16,576 bases of DNA from an uncultured Verrucomicrobiales bacterium. Lineage in GTDB: Bacteria; Verrucomicrobiota; Verrucomicrobiia; Verrucomicrobiales; DEV007. Within the stretch, counting starts at the first letter, position 1, and each line of letters begins with the position of its first letter. A program made the translations under genes and the position numbers. The notes under the pieces were generated by a model. The model had not been told where the DNA came from. It made no database searches and saw only the letters and a program-made list of their open reading frames with translations. Shown here one piece after another: positions 1-7,489 of this stretch. The stretch is from NCBI GenBank assembly GCA_938091905.1, contig CALKOM010000203.1, positions 1 to 16,576 of the forward strand. Direction: 5' to 3'.

Positions 1-1
1 C

Positions 2-562
2 ACAGACGCCCCCTCTATTCTTCACCCTGGCGCCTTGACTCTGCTAGTTAAAAACCCGGCAAACTTTGAAGCCTTCCTGGGAAGCTACGGCGAGTCCAAT
101 CTGGACAACAGTGGAGAAACCCTTCGGCTGGTAGATCGTGCCGGTGTTCTGATCCAGGAGCTTCGCTACAATGACAAACTGCCCTGGCCTACAGAGCCTG
201 ACGGCTCCGGATACTCGCTAGTCTATCGCTCAGGCAATGGTACCTCCCCCTATCATTGGCGTAGGAGCAGTGAAGTCGGCGGCTCGCCGGGAGTCGCTGA
301 ATTTCGCGCCGATCGCGACCTAAGCCATAACCCTCTTCACATCAATGACCTCGGGCAACTCAGCTTTCGCTACCCTACGATGTCTGACGGCCTCCTTTGG
401 AATCTGCAAGCATCCTCTGATTTAAACGCTTGGCACGCGGTCGAGAATGACCTCAAACTCATCTCCCGAATCGAGGACGAAGCGCTTGAGGAAACCATCC
501 TTACTTGGAACATGGATAAAAATCTAACATTTTATCGACTGCTTCTAACCATCCAACCTTAA
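2..562 (+). CDS. C-terminal part of a lamin-tail-domain (LTD) secreted protein, 5'-truncated by the window edge
   Basis: The frame is open from base 2 (TDAPSILHPGALTLLVKNP...) to TAA at 560-562. It has LTD-like motifs LDNSGETLRLVD, YNDKLPWP..PDGSGYSL and W..S...GGSPG, and ends with a verrucomicrobial-type tail LQASSDLNAW...FYRL. Confidence 0.75.
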   Translation, partial: TDAPSILHPGALTLLVKNPANFEAFLGSYGESNLDNSGETLRLVDRAGVLIQELRYNDKLPWPTEPDGSGYSLVYRSGNGTSPYHWRRSSEVGGSPGVAEFRADRDLSHNPLHINDLGQLSFRYPTMSDGLLWNLQASSDLNAWHAVENDLKLISRIEDEALEETILTWNMDKNLTFYRLLLTIQP

Positions 563-664
563 ATCGACTATCAAATCGACGTATTGACTGTAAAACTAGT
601 CACGCAATTCGAACCCTGAACACCCTTGTTTCCTATGTGCTTTTCAAAACCGATGTTTCACTGC

Positions 665-3600
665 ATGTCCCCCTTCACGCGGTTGGGTGGTCTGCTTACC
701 ATTTCTGCTGGACTCTTTTCAGGCCAAGTCCTCGTCGCTGACAGCTTTGTTGCCAACCCCAGCTTCGAATCCAACTACAACGATGCCTTTCCTCATTACG
801 GGCCAATCGATCTATGGACTGGTGGAAGCGGCACCAATCTTGCCGATGGACCGTTCCACAACGGCGGAACGTCTATTCCCGACGGATTACAGGTCGGCTT
901 CCAGCAAGGCGGTGGCGCGATCTCTCAGGACATCTTTGGTCTCGAAGAGGGTGTCCGCTATGTCGTCCAATTCTTCTACGATGCCCGAAATTGCTGTGGC
1001 GGCACGATTGACTTGGCCGTCCTGGTCGATGAGGAACAGATCAAGAGGTTCACCAACGTCACCGGCCAAGACGGAATCTACAAGTTCGGCTGGGCAGCGT
1101 TCACTGCCTCTGGCGATTCAGCCAACCTCACCTTCCTCACGGAAGCCCAAGGCGATGCCACTGTAAACATCGACGCCGTCTCCATCGTTGCCCGCGAAGC
1201 TGATACCATTCCTATCCCCAACCCAAGCTTCGAGGCGTCTGGCGCACCGCTTGAGGCTGAAGTCGACGTTGTCTCAATCGCAGGATGGAACGCCAACGGT
1301 TCCGTTACCGTGATTGCAGGGAGCGGGTCCAACGGCGCGACGCCTGATCAGGACTACGTCGCCGGACTCTCCGGTGTGAGTTCTATCGCGACGACAATTG
1401 ACGGCCTCGTCGCTGGAGAAAGCTACGATCTGGAGTTCGCTTACAACGCCGTCGAAGGTGCCGATGCAAAGATCAATGTCAGCGCCGACGGAGAGTCCGC
1501 CTTCACTGCAGACGTCACTCCAGTCGGAGGCACTAATCCTTACGGAACAATAAAAGCAACATTCATTGCTGGGGATTCCTCCGTCGACTTAGAATTCGCA
1601 CAGACCAATGAGAGTGGCACCCTATTGCTTGATAACATCAAGCTCACTGGCGCTGGCGCAGAGACGTTTCCACCGCTTGTTCTCGATCCCACCCAGGCCG
1701 TCATTGGCATTGGGCAAACGGCTCAGATCAATGTAACCATGCCAGAAGGGCGACAATCGAAACCCAAGCCTATCATTGTGCTGAGTTCTGCCGACCCGGC
1801 CATTGCTGAGATCGTCGATGCAGAAGCGGATGGCACCATCAGCCTCGATTTCTCTGATGTTGCAGCCGGCCCCGTGAGAAGCTTTGAGGTCAGAGGGATC
1901 GGGCGTGGTAGCGCGGGCATCCAGGTCGACGACTCGGCCGGGCTCGATCTCGCCAATGGCGTAAGAATCAATGTGAGTACATCGCTCGTTCTAAACGCAA
2001 GTTTTGAAGTCGGTGAGCTGCCTGGGGGCGTCGGCTACGGAACCATTCCTGGTTGGTCTGGTGGCTCTGGCGTGAACAACGAAAGCCAGCCCTTCCTCGA
2101 CAACGGCACGATCCCCGACCGAACTCGAGTCGCCTTTCTCCAGGGCGCCTCAACGATGACACAAGAGGTCGTCGGCCTTGTTCCTAGCAAGACTTACTGG
2201 CTTCAGTTCTACTACAACGCTCGAAACTGCTGTGGCGGCACGATCAACCTCTCTGCTAGTTTCGCGGGACAGGAGCTTGCCTTGATTGAGAACGTCCTAC
2301 CCGCAGGTGACTTCGAGCCTTTCCACTTCATGAATATCCCCTTCGAGCCCTCTACTGCTGAAGGCGAGCTCGCTTTCACAACCACTGTCGAAGGCGATGC
2401 GACCGTCTTACTCGACGGAGTGACCATCGTTCAACGAACTGACAAAGACGTGCTTGTCCGCAACCCGAGTTTCGAGGTGAGCCTCCCCGTCGAGGGCGTG
2501 GGCTACATGCACGTCGCTCCGATGGGACCTGGTCTTCTCGCCGGCTGGACCGTCACTGGCGGCTTCGGAGTGAATGTCGATGGCGTTGGCCCATTCACGG
2601 ACAACGGACGCTCCGGAGCGCAAGACGGCGTTCTTTTTCTCCAGGGAGCAACCAACGCAAGTCAACTCATCACCGGCCTCGAACCGGGTTTGGGCTATAG
2701 CCTCACCTACCTCGTGAATAAGAGATCACCAGGGGGGGCGCCGAATGCCTATCAGGTACTCATTGACGAGAGTCCAGTCTTTGACGAAGCGCTAGACGCC
2801 GCTGGCGTCGGAGAACCCTACTTCGAGCGCTCGATTGCTTTCACTGCCAGAGCCACGGAGGCGCTTATCGGCTTCCAAAACATCCCCGAAGGCGATCAAA
2901 CACTGCTCCTGGATGACATCCGTGTCAAAGTCGCTGTCATCAATGCGAGTGGTCTAATCGCACGTTACGGACTTGATGAAACCGAAGGCCCTCTGATGAG
3001 CGACGTCTCCGACTTTGAGCGTGATGGAGCGTTCGAAGGCGAACCCACCTTCGGTGAAGCAGGGATTGCCAGCGGCACCTCCATTGGCTTTGCTAACGGG
3101 TCATTCGGCACGATTCAAGGCCGTACGCTCCCGTATAGCAGCCTAACTGTGGCCACCTGGGCCAACATCACAGCGCTGGGAGATCGGCAAACCATCTTCG
3201 GTCAGGGCGATCGCATTGGCGAACCGACCTATGCGGTTATTGCTAGTGAAGCCAACCTCGAGTTTTTTATTGGCGCAACCCCAACTTACGTTGCCGAGAA
3301 TGTCATCACGGCTGGCACCGATCATCACGTTGCCATGACCTATGACCTCGGCGAGACTACCACCATCACCGTCTATGTCGATGGGGTTGCCGTCATCACA
3401 GAGTCGGGTGTCGACCCACTTCCCCTTGGCAATGAGACCGACTTCTTCTTCGCCGCCTTCTTTGGGGCGCTGCCCATGGGCGGTCGGTTAGATGATATCC
3501 AGATATACAATCGCGCCCTGGTTGCCGAAGACGTGAACTTTCTCAAGGCTAATCCCGGCAAAGCCCTGGAGAGTGGCGATGACGAAATGCCGGAAGGAAT

Positions 3601-3790
3601 CGCGATCTTGTCGAAGACTGCAGAAGGTGTGGCGTTGCAACTACCAGAGGGCACGACCTATGACATCGACCACACCGTAGATCTCATCACTTGGGATCCT
3701 ATTGCTGAGAATGTCACTGGTAGCTATGTAGACACCGATGCTGATCGAATCGGTGCTGCCAAAGGTTACTATCGCGGCGTTGTGAAGTAA
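665..3790 (+). CDS. Large secreted protein: four DUF642/CBM-like jelly-roll modules, Ig-like spacer, LamG-like domain, 'DL..W...YYR' C-terminal tail
   Basis: ORF 626..3790; the start is uncertain (ATG 635, 653 or 665). Signal peptide MSPFTRLGGLLTISAGLFSGQVLVA|DSF. Four modules begin N(P/A)SFE and end (L/I)D(A/N/G/D)(V/I): ~743-1190, ~1214-1650, ~1980-2435, ~2450-2935. LamG hallmarks ARYGLDE, TVATW, HHVAMTYD, VYVDG and GRLDDIQIYNRAL lie at ~2945-3560. Confidence 0.85.
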   Translation: MSPFTRLGGLLTISAGLFSGQVLVADSFVANPSFESNYNDAFPHYGPIDLWTGGSGTNLADGPFHNGGTSIPDGLQVGFQQGGGAISQDIFGLEEGVRYVVQFFYDARNCCGGTIDLAVLVDEEQIKRFTNVTGQDGIYKFGWAAFTASGDSANLTFLTEAQGDATVNIDAVSIVAREADTIPIPNPSFEASGAPLEAEVDVVSIAGWNANGSVTVIAGSGSNGATPDQDYVAGLSGVSSIATTIDGLVAGESYDLEFAYNAVEGADAKINVSADGESAFTADVTPVGGTNPYGTIKATFIAGDSSVDLEFAQTNESGTLLLDNIKLTGAGAETFPPLVLDPTQAVIGIGQTAQINVTMPEGRQSKPKPIIVLSSADPAIAEIVDAEADGTISLDFSDVAAGPVRSFEVRGIGRGSAGIQVDDSAGLDLANGVRINVSTSLVLNASFEVGELPGGVGYGTIPGWSGGSGVNNESQPFLDNGTIPDRTRVAFLQGASTMTQEVVGLVPSKTYWLQFYYNARNCCGGTINLSASFAGQELALIENVLPAGDFEPFHFMNIPFEPSTAEGELAFTTTVEGDATVLLDGVTIVQRTDKDVLVRNPSFEVSLPVEGVGYMHVAPMGPGLLAGWTVTGGFGVNVDGVGPFTDNGRSGAQDGVLFLQGATNASQLITGLEPGLGYSLTYLVNKRSPGGAPNAYQVLIDESPVFDEALDAAGVGEPYFERSIAFTARATEALIGFQNIPEGDQTLLLDDIRVKVAVINASGLIARYGLDETEGPLMSDVSDFERDGAFEGEPTFGEAGIASGTSIGFANGSFGTIQGRTLPYSSLTVATWANITALGDRQTIFGQGDRIGEPTYAVIASEANLEFFIGATPTYVAENVITAGTDHHVAMTYDLGETTTITVYVDGVAVITESGVDPLPLGNETDFFFAAFFGALPMGGRLDDIQIYNRALVAEDVNFLKANPGKALESGDDEMPEGIAILSKTAEGVALQLPEGTTYDIDHTVDLITWDPIAENVTGSYVDTDADRIGAAKGYYRGVVK

Positions 3791-3830
3791 GTTCTTCGCT
3801 CAGGTTCAATTTTCAAACGAGGCTCCCTAA

Positions 3831-4058
3831 CTCACGGACCCAGCACTGGGCAAACAGACCCCCTAAGAATTGGTGACAACGTCTGCGGGCGGGAATTCTC
3901 AACAAGTCGTTATCGATAATGTGGCCGGGATTAACAAGATCGTGAGTCCTGTGGGTGGTGAAATATTGGACCAATCGTTCACAGAATTTCCGCTCGAAGA
4001 ATCTGACGACTTGCTTTCGTGGTTCGACAGCGCGGTAGCTGTGATGGATCTCGGCTAG
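3831..4058 (+). pseudogene. Possible remnant of another jelly-roll-module secreted protein
   Basis: In one frame it reads LTDPALGKQTP*ELVTTSAGGNSQQVVIDNVAGINKIVSPVGGEIL..., with an internal TAA at 3864. GG..Q.VIDNV resembles the module ends of the neighbours (GGDGTLVVDNI, GDATVLLDGV). Confidence 0.3.
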
Positions 4059-4151
4059 CGTATCCGCTATAGAAAGAGGCGAGGAAAAAGGATTTCTTCA
4101 GCCACGGCTGGGCCGTGGAGCGATCCATTACTTTCTGAGCCGCTGATCATT

Positions 4152-4192
4152 AAAAGAGAAACGCTCTACGGGTGATTCCGGTAGAGCGTTTC
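4152..4192 (-). terminator. Rho-independent terminator of the PEP-CTERM gene
   Basis: Perfect 12-bp inverted repeat GAAACGCTCTAC (4158-4169) / GTAGAGCGTTTC (4181-4192), followed on the minus strand by TCTTTT, 27 nt after the stop at 4220. Confidence 0.75.
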
Positions 4193-4219
4193 AAAATCTG
4201 GTGGATGAGTCGCGGCGAA

Positions 4220-4876
4220 TTAGCGTCGGCGACGGAAAATTAGCAGTCCGGCACCGAGCAGCGCTAGGATACTTGAGGACGGCTCGGGGATGGCGGAGAT
4301 GGAGATGTTGTCTACGACAAGTGTGCCATCGCCACCGATCACTTCGGAGGAAATCATCAACGTCAACGTTTCAGCACTGGCCGTGAATGGCACGTCAGCA
4401 TGGTACCAGGGGGTGTCCCCGCCAACGGGAGAAACTGTTCCAGGATCGGGCAACAGATCCGTCGTGCTGCCAATCACGGCATCATTGATATAAATGGTGG
4501 CAACTGGAAGACCACCGCAACAATCGCGGGCATTGAAATCGATGCCCACCAAAAACTCACCACCGACGGAGAAGCCACTGATCTCCTGGCTGATCGAGGA
4601 AGTTCCTTGAAGAAAGGCGAAGTTGCTAGTGTTAATGGTGCTGCTCCCGTCGAACGGAGTGGGGTCGGCTTGAACCAATCCGCCTGGGTTGATCCCATGA
4701 CCTCCAAGGCCCGTCCACTCTGGAATCGCAGCGGGATTGGCGCCACCAACATAGCCCGGCCACTCGGTGAATCCATCGGCTCCCGTTTCAAAGTCGCCGT
4801 TCAAGACCGTCGTGGCCTGAATCGAGCAAGCTAGGAGTCCAGAAGCCGCCAAAGTAATAGGGAATAATTTCCTCAT
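4220..4876 (-). CDS. PEP-CTERM sorting domain protein with one DUF642/CBM-like module
   Basis: Signal peptide MRKLFPITLAASGLLACSIQA. C-terminus IPEPSSSILALLGAGLLIFRRRR (PEP, TM helix, basic cluster). The body VLNGDFE...AFLQG...SISQEISG...NARDCCGG...LVVDNISI aligns with the modules of 665..3790. Confidence 0.93.
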   Translation of the reverse strand: MRKLFPITLAASGLLACSIQATTVLNGDFETGADGFTEWPGYVGGANPAAIPEWTGLGGHGINPGGLVQADPTPFDGSSTINTSNFAFLQGTSSISQEISGFSVGGEFLVGIDFNARDCCGGLPVATIYINDAVIGSTTDLLPDPGTVSPVGGDTPWYHADVPFTASAETLTLMISSEVIGGDGTLVVDNISISAIPEPSSSILALLGAGLLIFRRRR

Positions 4877-4913
4877 AACTGACTAAATAACATACGATAA
4901 CGGATTTTGGCAA
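4877..4913 (-). promoter_or_regulatory. Candidate sigma70-type promoter giving a near-leaderless transcript of the PEP-CTERM gene
   Basis: The minus strand reads TTGCCA-17 nt-TTATTT-8 nt-ATG; the -10 match is weak and there is no SD. Confidence 0.3.
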
Positions 4914-5363
4914 GAGTGATTTCAATATCAGTTGATCGATTCGTCAGGGCATCTCGTGGAAGTAGAGTCTCGATTCCATTGATTGCTTGTGCTTCCGACG
5001 GCCAATTGGCGGCCCCCAAGGTCAAAGTCGGATATGGACCTATTCTTCACTAGCTGGCGAGTAGGGAGATCGCATTGGCGGACCAAATGTCGAACAGTGG
5101 GTCTTAGACTAAGGCACTTCTACACTCAGCTTATTGCATGCTATATTAAGGCATTCGACCTTTCCTCCTCCTATTTGATTATGTTACCGTTAAATTTGCA
5201 TCCACAGCGTGGTTGACCGCGAGGTTCTTACAATACAAGGCCAACAAGAGCCATGGTCGAGGAAGTGCGAATATGGGTGGGTGAACTTGTGTAGCTCGGT
5301 TTCCTGGGCATACGCAAGCGCAGGGCTTGACGTCGTTGCGCCTTCCGTGTGATGCACTGAAAC

Positions 5364-6119
5364 ATGGAAGTGCCTTTGCCTCATGACGAACTGCTCCAGC
5401 TAAAACGTTGGAACACGCCGACGATCTATAACGGCTGGGAACAGATTACCCAGCACGATCCCTCGCGGGATGCGGTGAATTTGGAAGAGACCCGAGATTT
5501 CATGCCGCAGATGGGACCGATGGTTGGTTATGCAGTCACGTGTGTTGTGGAACCGGGGAATCAAAACCATGTGTCTAACAATCCCAATGCTTGGGCGGAA
5601 TACCGTAATTATGTGGGCTCTCTTCCCGGTCCGAAGATTGTGGTCATGCAAGACCTCGATAAGCCGATGATTTATGGCTCGGCATGGGGTGAGGTGAATG
5701 CGAATGTGCACCGTGCCTTGGGCTGCGTGGGCGTGATCGTCGATGGTGCGGTACGCGATGTCGATGAGATGACGAATGCAGGATTCAAGGCGCTTGCTCG
5801 GCGGTTTTGTGTGGGCCATGCCTTCGCGACGCCCGTGCGCTGGGGATGCGAGGTCGAAGTCTTTGGCCGGACCGTCAAGCCGGGACAGCTCATCCATGCC
5901 GACAAGCACGGCTTTATGGCGATTCCGTCTGGAGACGAGGCTGGTTTGTTAGACGCGGCACGGTTCATGGATGCGAACGAGTGTGAGAATCTCATTTCTG
6001 TTGCTCGCGCTGGCAGTGGAAAACGAACAGAGCAAGTGATGCAAGAGCTCAACGAAGGCGCTGAGCGATTTGGTCAGGCTGCAAGAGCCAAGTTTGGGCG
6101 CGAAGGGGAGTGGTCTTGA
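5364..6119 (+). CDS. RraA-family protein (HMG/CHA aldolase-like, class II pyruvate aldolase fold)
   Basis: Motifs NTPTIYNG, PMVGYAVT, KIVVMQDLD, SAWGEVNA, IVDGAVRDVDE and VKPGQLIHADKHG are typical of RraA-like proteins. Confidence 0.85.
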   Translation: MEVPLPHDELLQLKRWNTPTIYNGWEQITQHDPSRDAVNLEETRDFMPQMGPMVGYAVTCVVEPGNQNHVSNNPNAWAEYRNYVGSLPGPKIVVMQDLDKPMIYGSAWGEVNANVHRALGCVGVIVDGAVRDVDEMTNAGFKALARRFCVGHAFATPVRWGCEVEVFGRTVKPGQLIHADKHGFMAIPSGDEAGLLDAARFMDANECENLISVARAGSGKRTEQVMQELNEGAERFGQAARAKFGREGEWS

Positions 6120-6170
6120 ATCTAGGGGGCTTCAATCGTTGTTCGCCAAAAGATTGTGTTGGTGCTAACC

Positions 6171-6200
6171 CTCGAATGAACACGAATAGACACAAATGGA
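6171..6200 (+). repeat. Three degenerate 10-bp tandem units
   Basis: CTCGAATGAA CACGAATAGA CACAAATGGA, preceded by TAACC, in the convergent intergenic gap. Confidence 0.55.
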
Positions 6201-6238
6201 GGAGGCTTTTTGTAGACTCTGATGCGTATTGTTAGTAT

Positions 6239-6625
6239 CTATCGATAGGACTCCCACCACTTGGGCATGCCTGGATTTAGCTTCTTCCACAAGATTCCAT
6301 GATAGTCGTCTCTTTTGGTCTCTATCCAGATCAAGATGGTGCTGAGTGCGAGTGATCCGGTGAACGTAGCGGTCCAGCCAGGGACTGCGTTGATGATGGT
6401 AGAGGTTGCGAGTGCTAGGAAGGCAATCGCCCAAATCAGCTCCGCTGTTCGGGAGATGCGAAAGACACTGCAGAAGAGAAAGAAGTGTAGCACGACGAAT
6501 CCTGTTACCAATCCAGCCCATTCAATTCGGGTAAGGGTGGCGAGTGCTCCCAACAGGCCGATGATCAAGCCGAGGACGTCGAAGGGTAAGATGCGGAAGC
6601 CGGGATTGAAATTGGGGGCGGTCAT
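6239..6625 (-). CDS. Hypothetical membrane protein (~4 TM helices)
   Basis: 128-aa hydrophobic ORF containing HFFLFCSVFRISR..EL.WA and YHGILWKKLNP..PKWW. Its start overlaps the sirtuin stop (ATGA, 6622-6625), indicating translational coupling. Confidence 0.8.
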   Translation of the reverse strand: MTAPNFNPGFRILPFDVLGLIIGLLGALATLTRIEWAGLVTGFVVLHFFLFCSVFRISRTAELIWAIAFLALATSTIINAVPGWTATFTGSLALSTILIWIETKRDDYHGILWKKLNPGMPKWWESYR

Positions 6626-7398
6626 GTGATCTGCTGGGCAATGAGTTCAAGAGCGTCCTTGCAGTCCATCTCCAGCCGATACTGTGCGAACTCGGATGCA
6701 TCGGTCGTTTGGAGATTCACTTCAACAGTGGGTATGCCTAATTGATGTGCTAGTTGCATAGGGGCAGTGATGTAGGGAAACAGGCTCGAGGTGCCAAGAC
6801 TCATGACAAGATCGACGCCTGTTCGAGCGAGTTCTTCGAGGTCATGCATGGCTTTGGGTGGGAGGGGTTCACCAAAGAGTACGACATTAGGGCGGAGCAC
6901 ACCGCCACAAACGGCGCAGAAGGGAACACTGCGATCTTCGGCCATTCTACTAGCGAGTAAAGATTCGTTGTCTGCTGATTTCCCGCAAACCATGCAGTGC
7001 GTGGCGTCTGCACGTCCGTGTATTTCGATGAGGTGCCGACTTCCCGCAGCGTGGTGTAGGCTGTCGACATTCTGAGTGAGGATCCAGGTTTCGTCGACGC
7101 GTTGGCCTATCTTGGCGAGAATCTCATGACATCTGTTCGGCTTGGCTCCGCGGCATCCATGAGCGATTTCCCATAGGTGTTTCCAGGTGATCTCTGGATT
7201 GTTCTCTAACATCTCTTTGCTGAGCGCTTCCTCGATGGAAATGCCGTCTTCGGTGCACTTTCCTTCATAAAGCCCGCCGATTCCACGGTACGTTGGCAAC
7301 CCGGAGTCAACGGAAATTCCTGAGCCGGTTATAAAGAGAAGCCGATTGGATTCACGCATGATCTGAGCGATCTCTTGTATGGCAGCTTCTTCGGTCAT
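6622..7398 (-). CDS. cobB: NAD-dependent protein deacylase, Sir2/CobB family
   Basis: TGSGISVDSGLPTYRG, TQNVDSLH, EIHG (catalytic His), CxxC...CxxC zinc ribbon, LRPNVVLFGE, GTSS, EVN. The start is placed at ATG 7398 (MTEEAAI) because the longer GTG start at 7437 lies inside a REP element. Confidence 0.92.
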   Translation of the reverse strand: MTEEAAIQEIAQIMRESNRLLFITGSGISVDSGLPTYRGIGGLYEGKCTEDGISIEEALSKEMLENNPEITWKHLWEIAHGCRGAKPNRCHEILAKIGQRVDETWILTQNVDSLHHAAGSRHLIEIHGRADATHCMVCGKSADNESLLASRMAEDRSVPFCAVCGGVLRPNVVLFGEPLPPKAMHDLEELARTGVDLVMSLGTSSLFPYITAPMQLAHQLGIPTVEVNLQTTDASEFAQYRLEMDCKDALELIAQQIT

Positions 7399-7415
7399 GT
7401 GGGCTAATGTGAATG

Positions 7416-7462
7416 GTAGCGTGGCCTTCCAGGCCACAACTTGGGCAAGATGCCCAAGCTAC
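7416..7462. repeat. GTAG-family REP doublet (two inverted REP hairpins)
   Basis: GTAGC-[GTGGCC ttcca GGCCAC]-aa-[CTTGGGCA aga TGCCCAAG]-CTAC: two perfect hairpins bracketed by GTAG...CTAC. Confidence 0.7.
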
Positions 7463-7489
7463 ATTTAGATGTGTGTCTAAAAAATGTGC

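Noticed and set aside
687..3654. Alternative-frame and antisense ORFs within the large gene (687..1166, 814..1011, 1078..1332, 3373..3654, etc.)
   Set aside because: They overlap a coherent multi-domain CDS, have no motifs, and are typical shadow ORFs.
3843..3900. GCACTGGGCAAAC resembles the 5' part of a c-di-GMP-I riboswitch
   Set aside because: There is no GAAA-tetraloop P2 stem and no downstream GACGCAAAGC, and it lies between convergent 3' ends.
4983..5384. Short ORFs 4983..5216 (+) and 5190..5384 (-)
   Set aside because: No recognisable motifs, atypical composition, and they overlap each other and the rraA start.
7399..7437. Longer GTG start for the sirtuin (MAWKATLPF...)
   Set aside because: The start falls inside the REP hairpin; ATG 7398 gives a typical CobB N-terminus.
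7464..7481. TTTAGA-tgtgtg-TCTAAA palindrome after the nrtR stop as a second NrtR box or terminator
   Set aside because: It lacks the GT-N7-AC core, and the AT-rich 6-bp stem is too weak to call.
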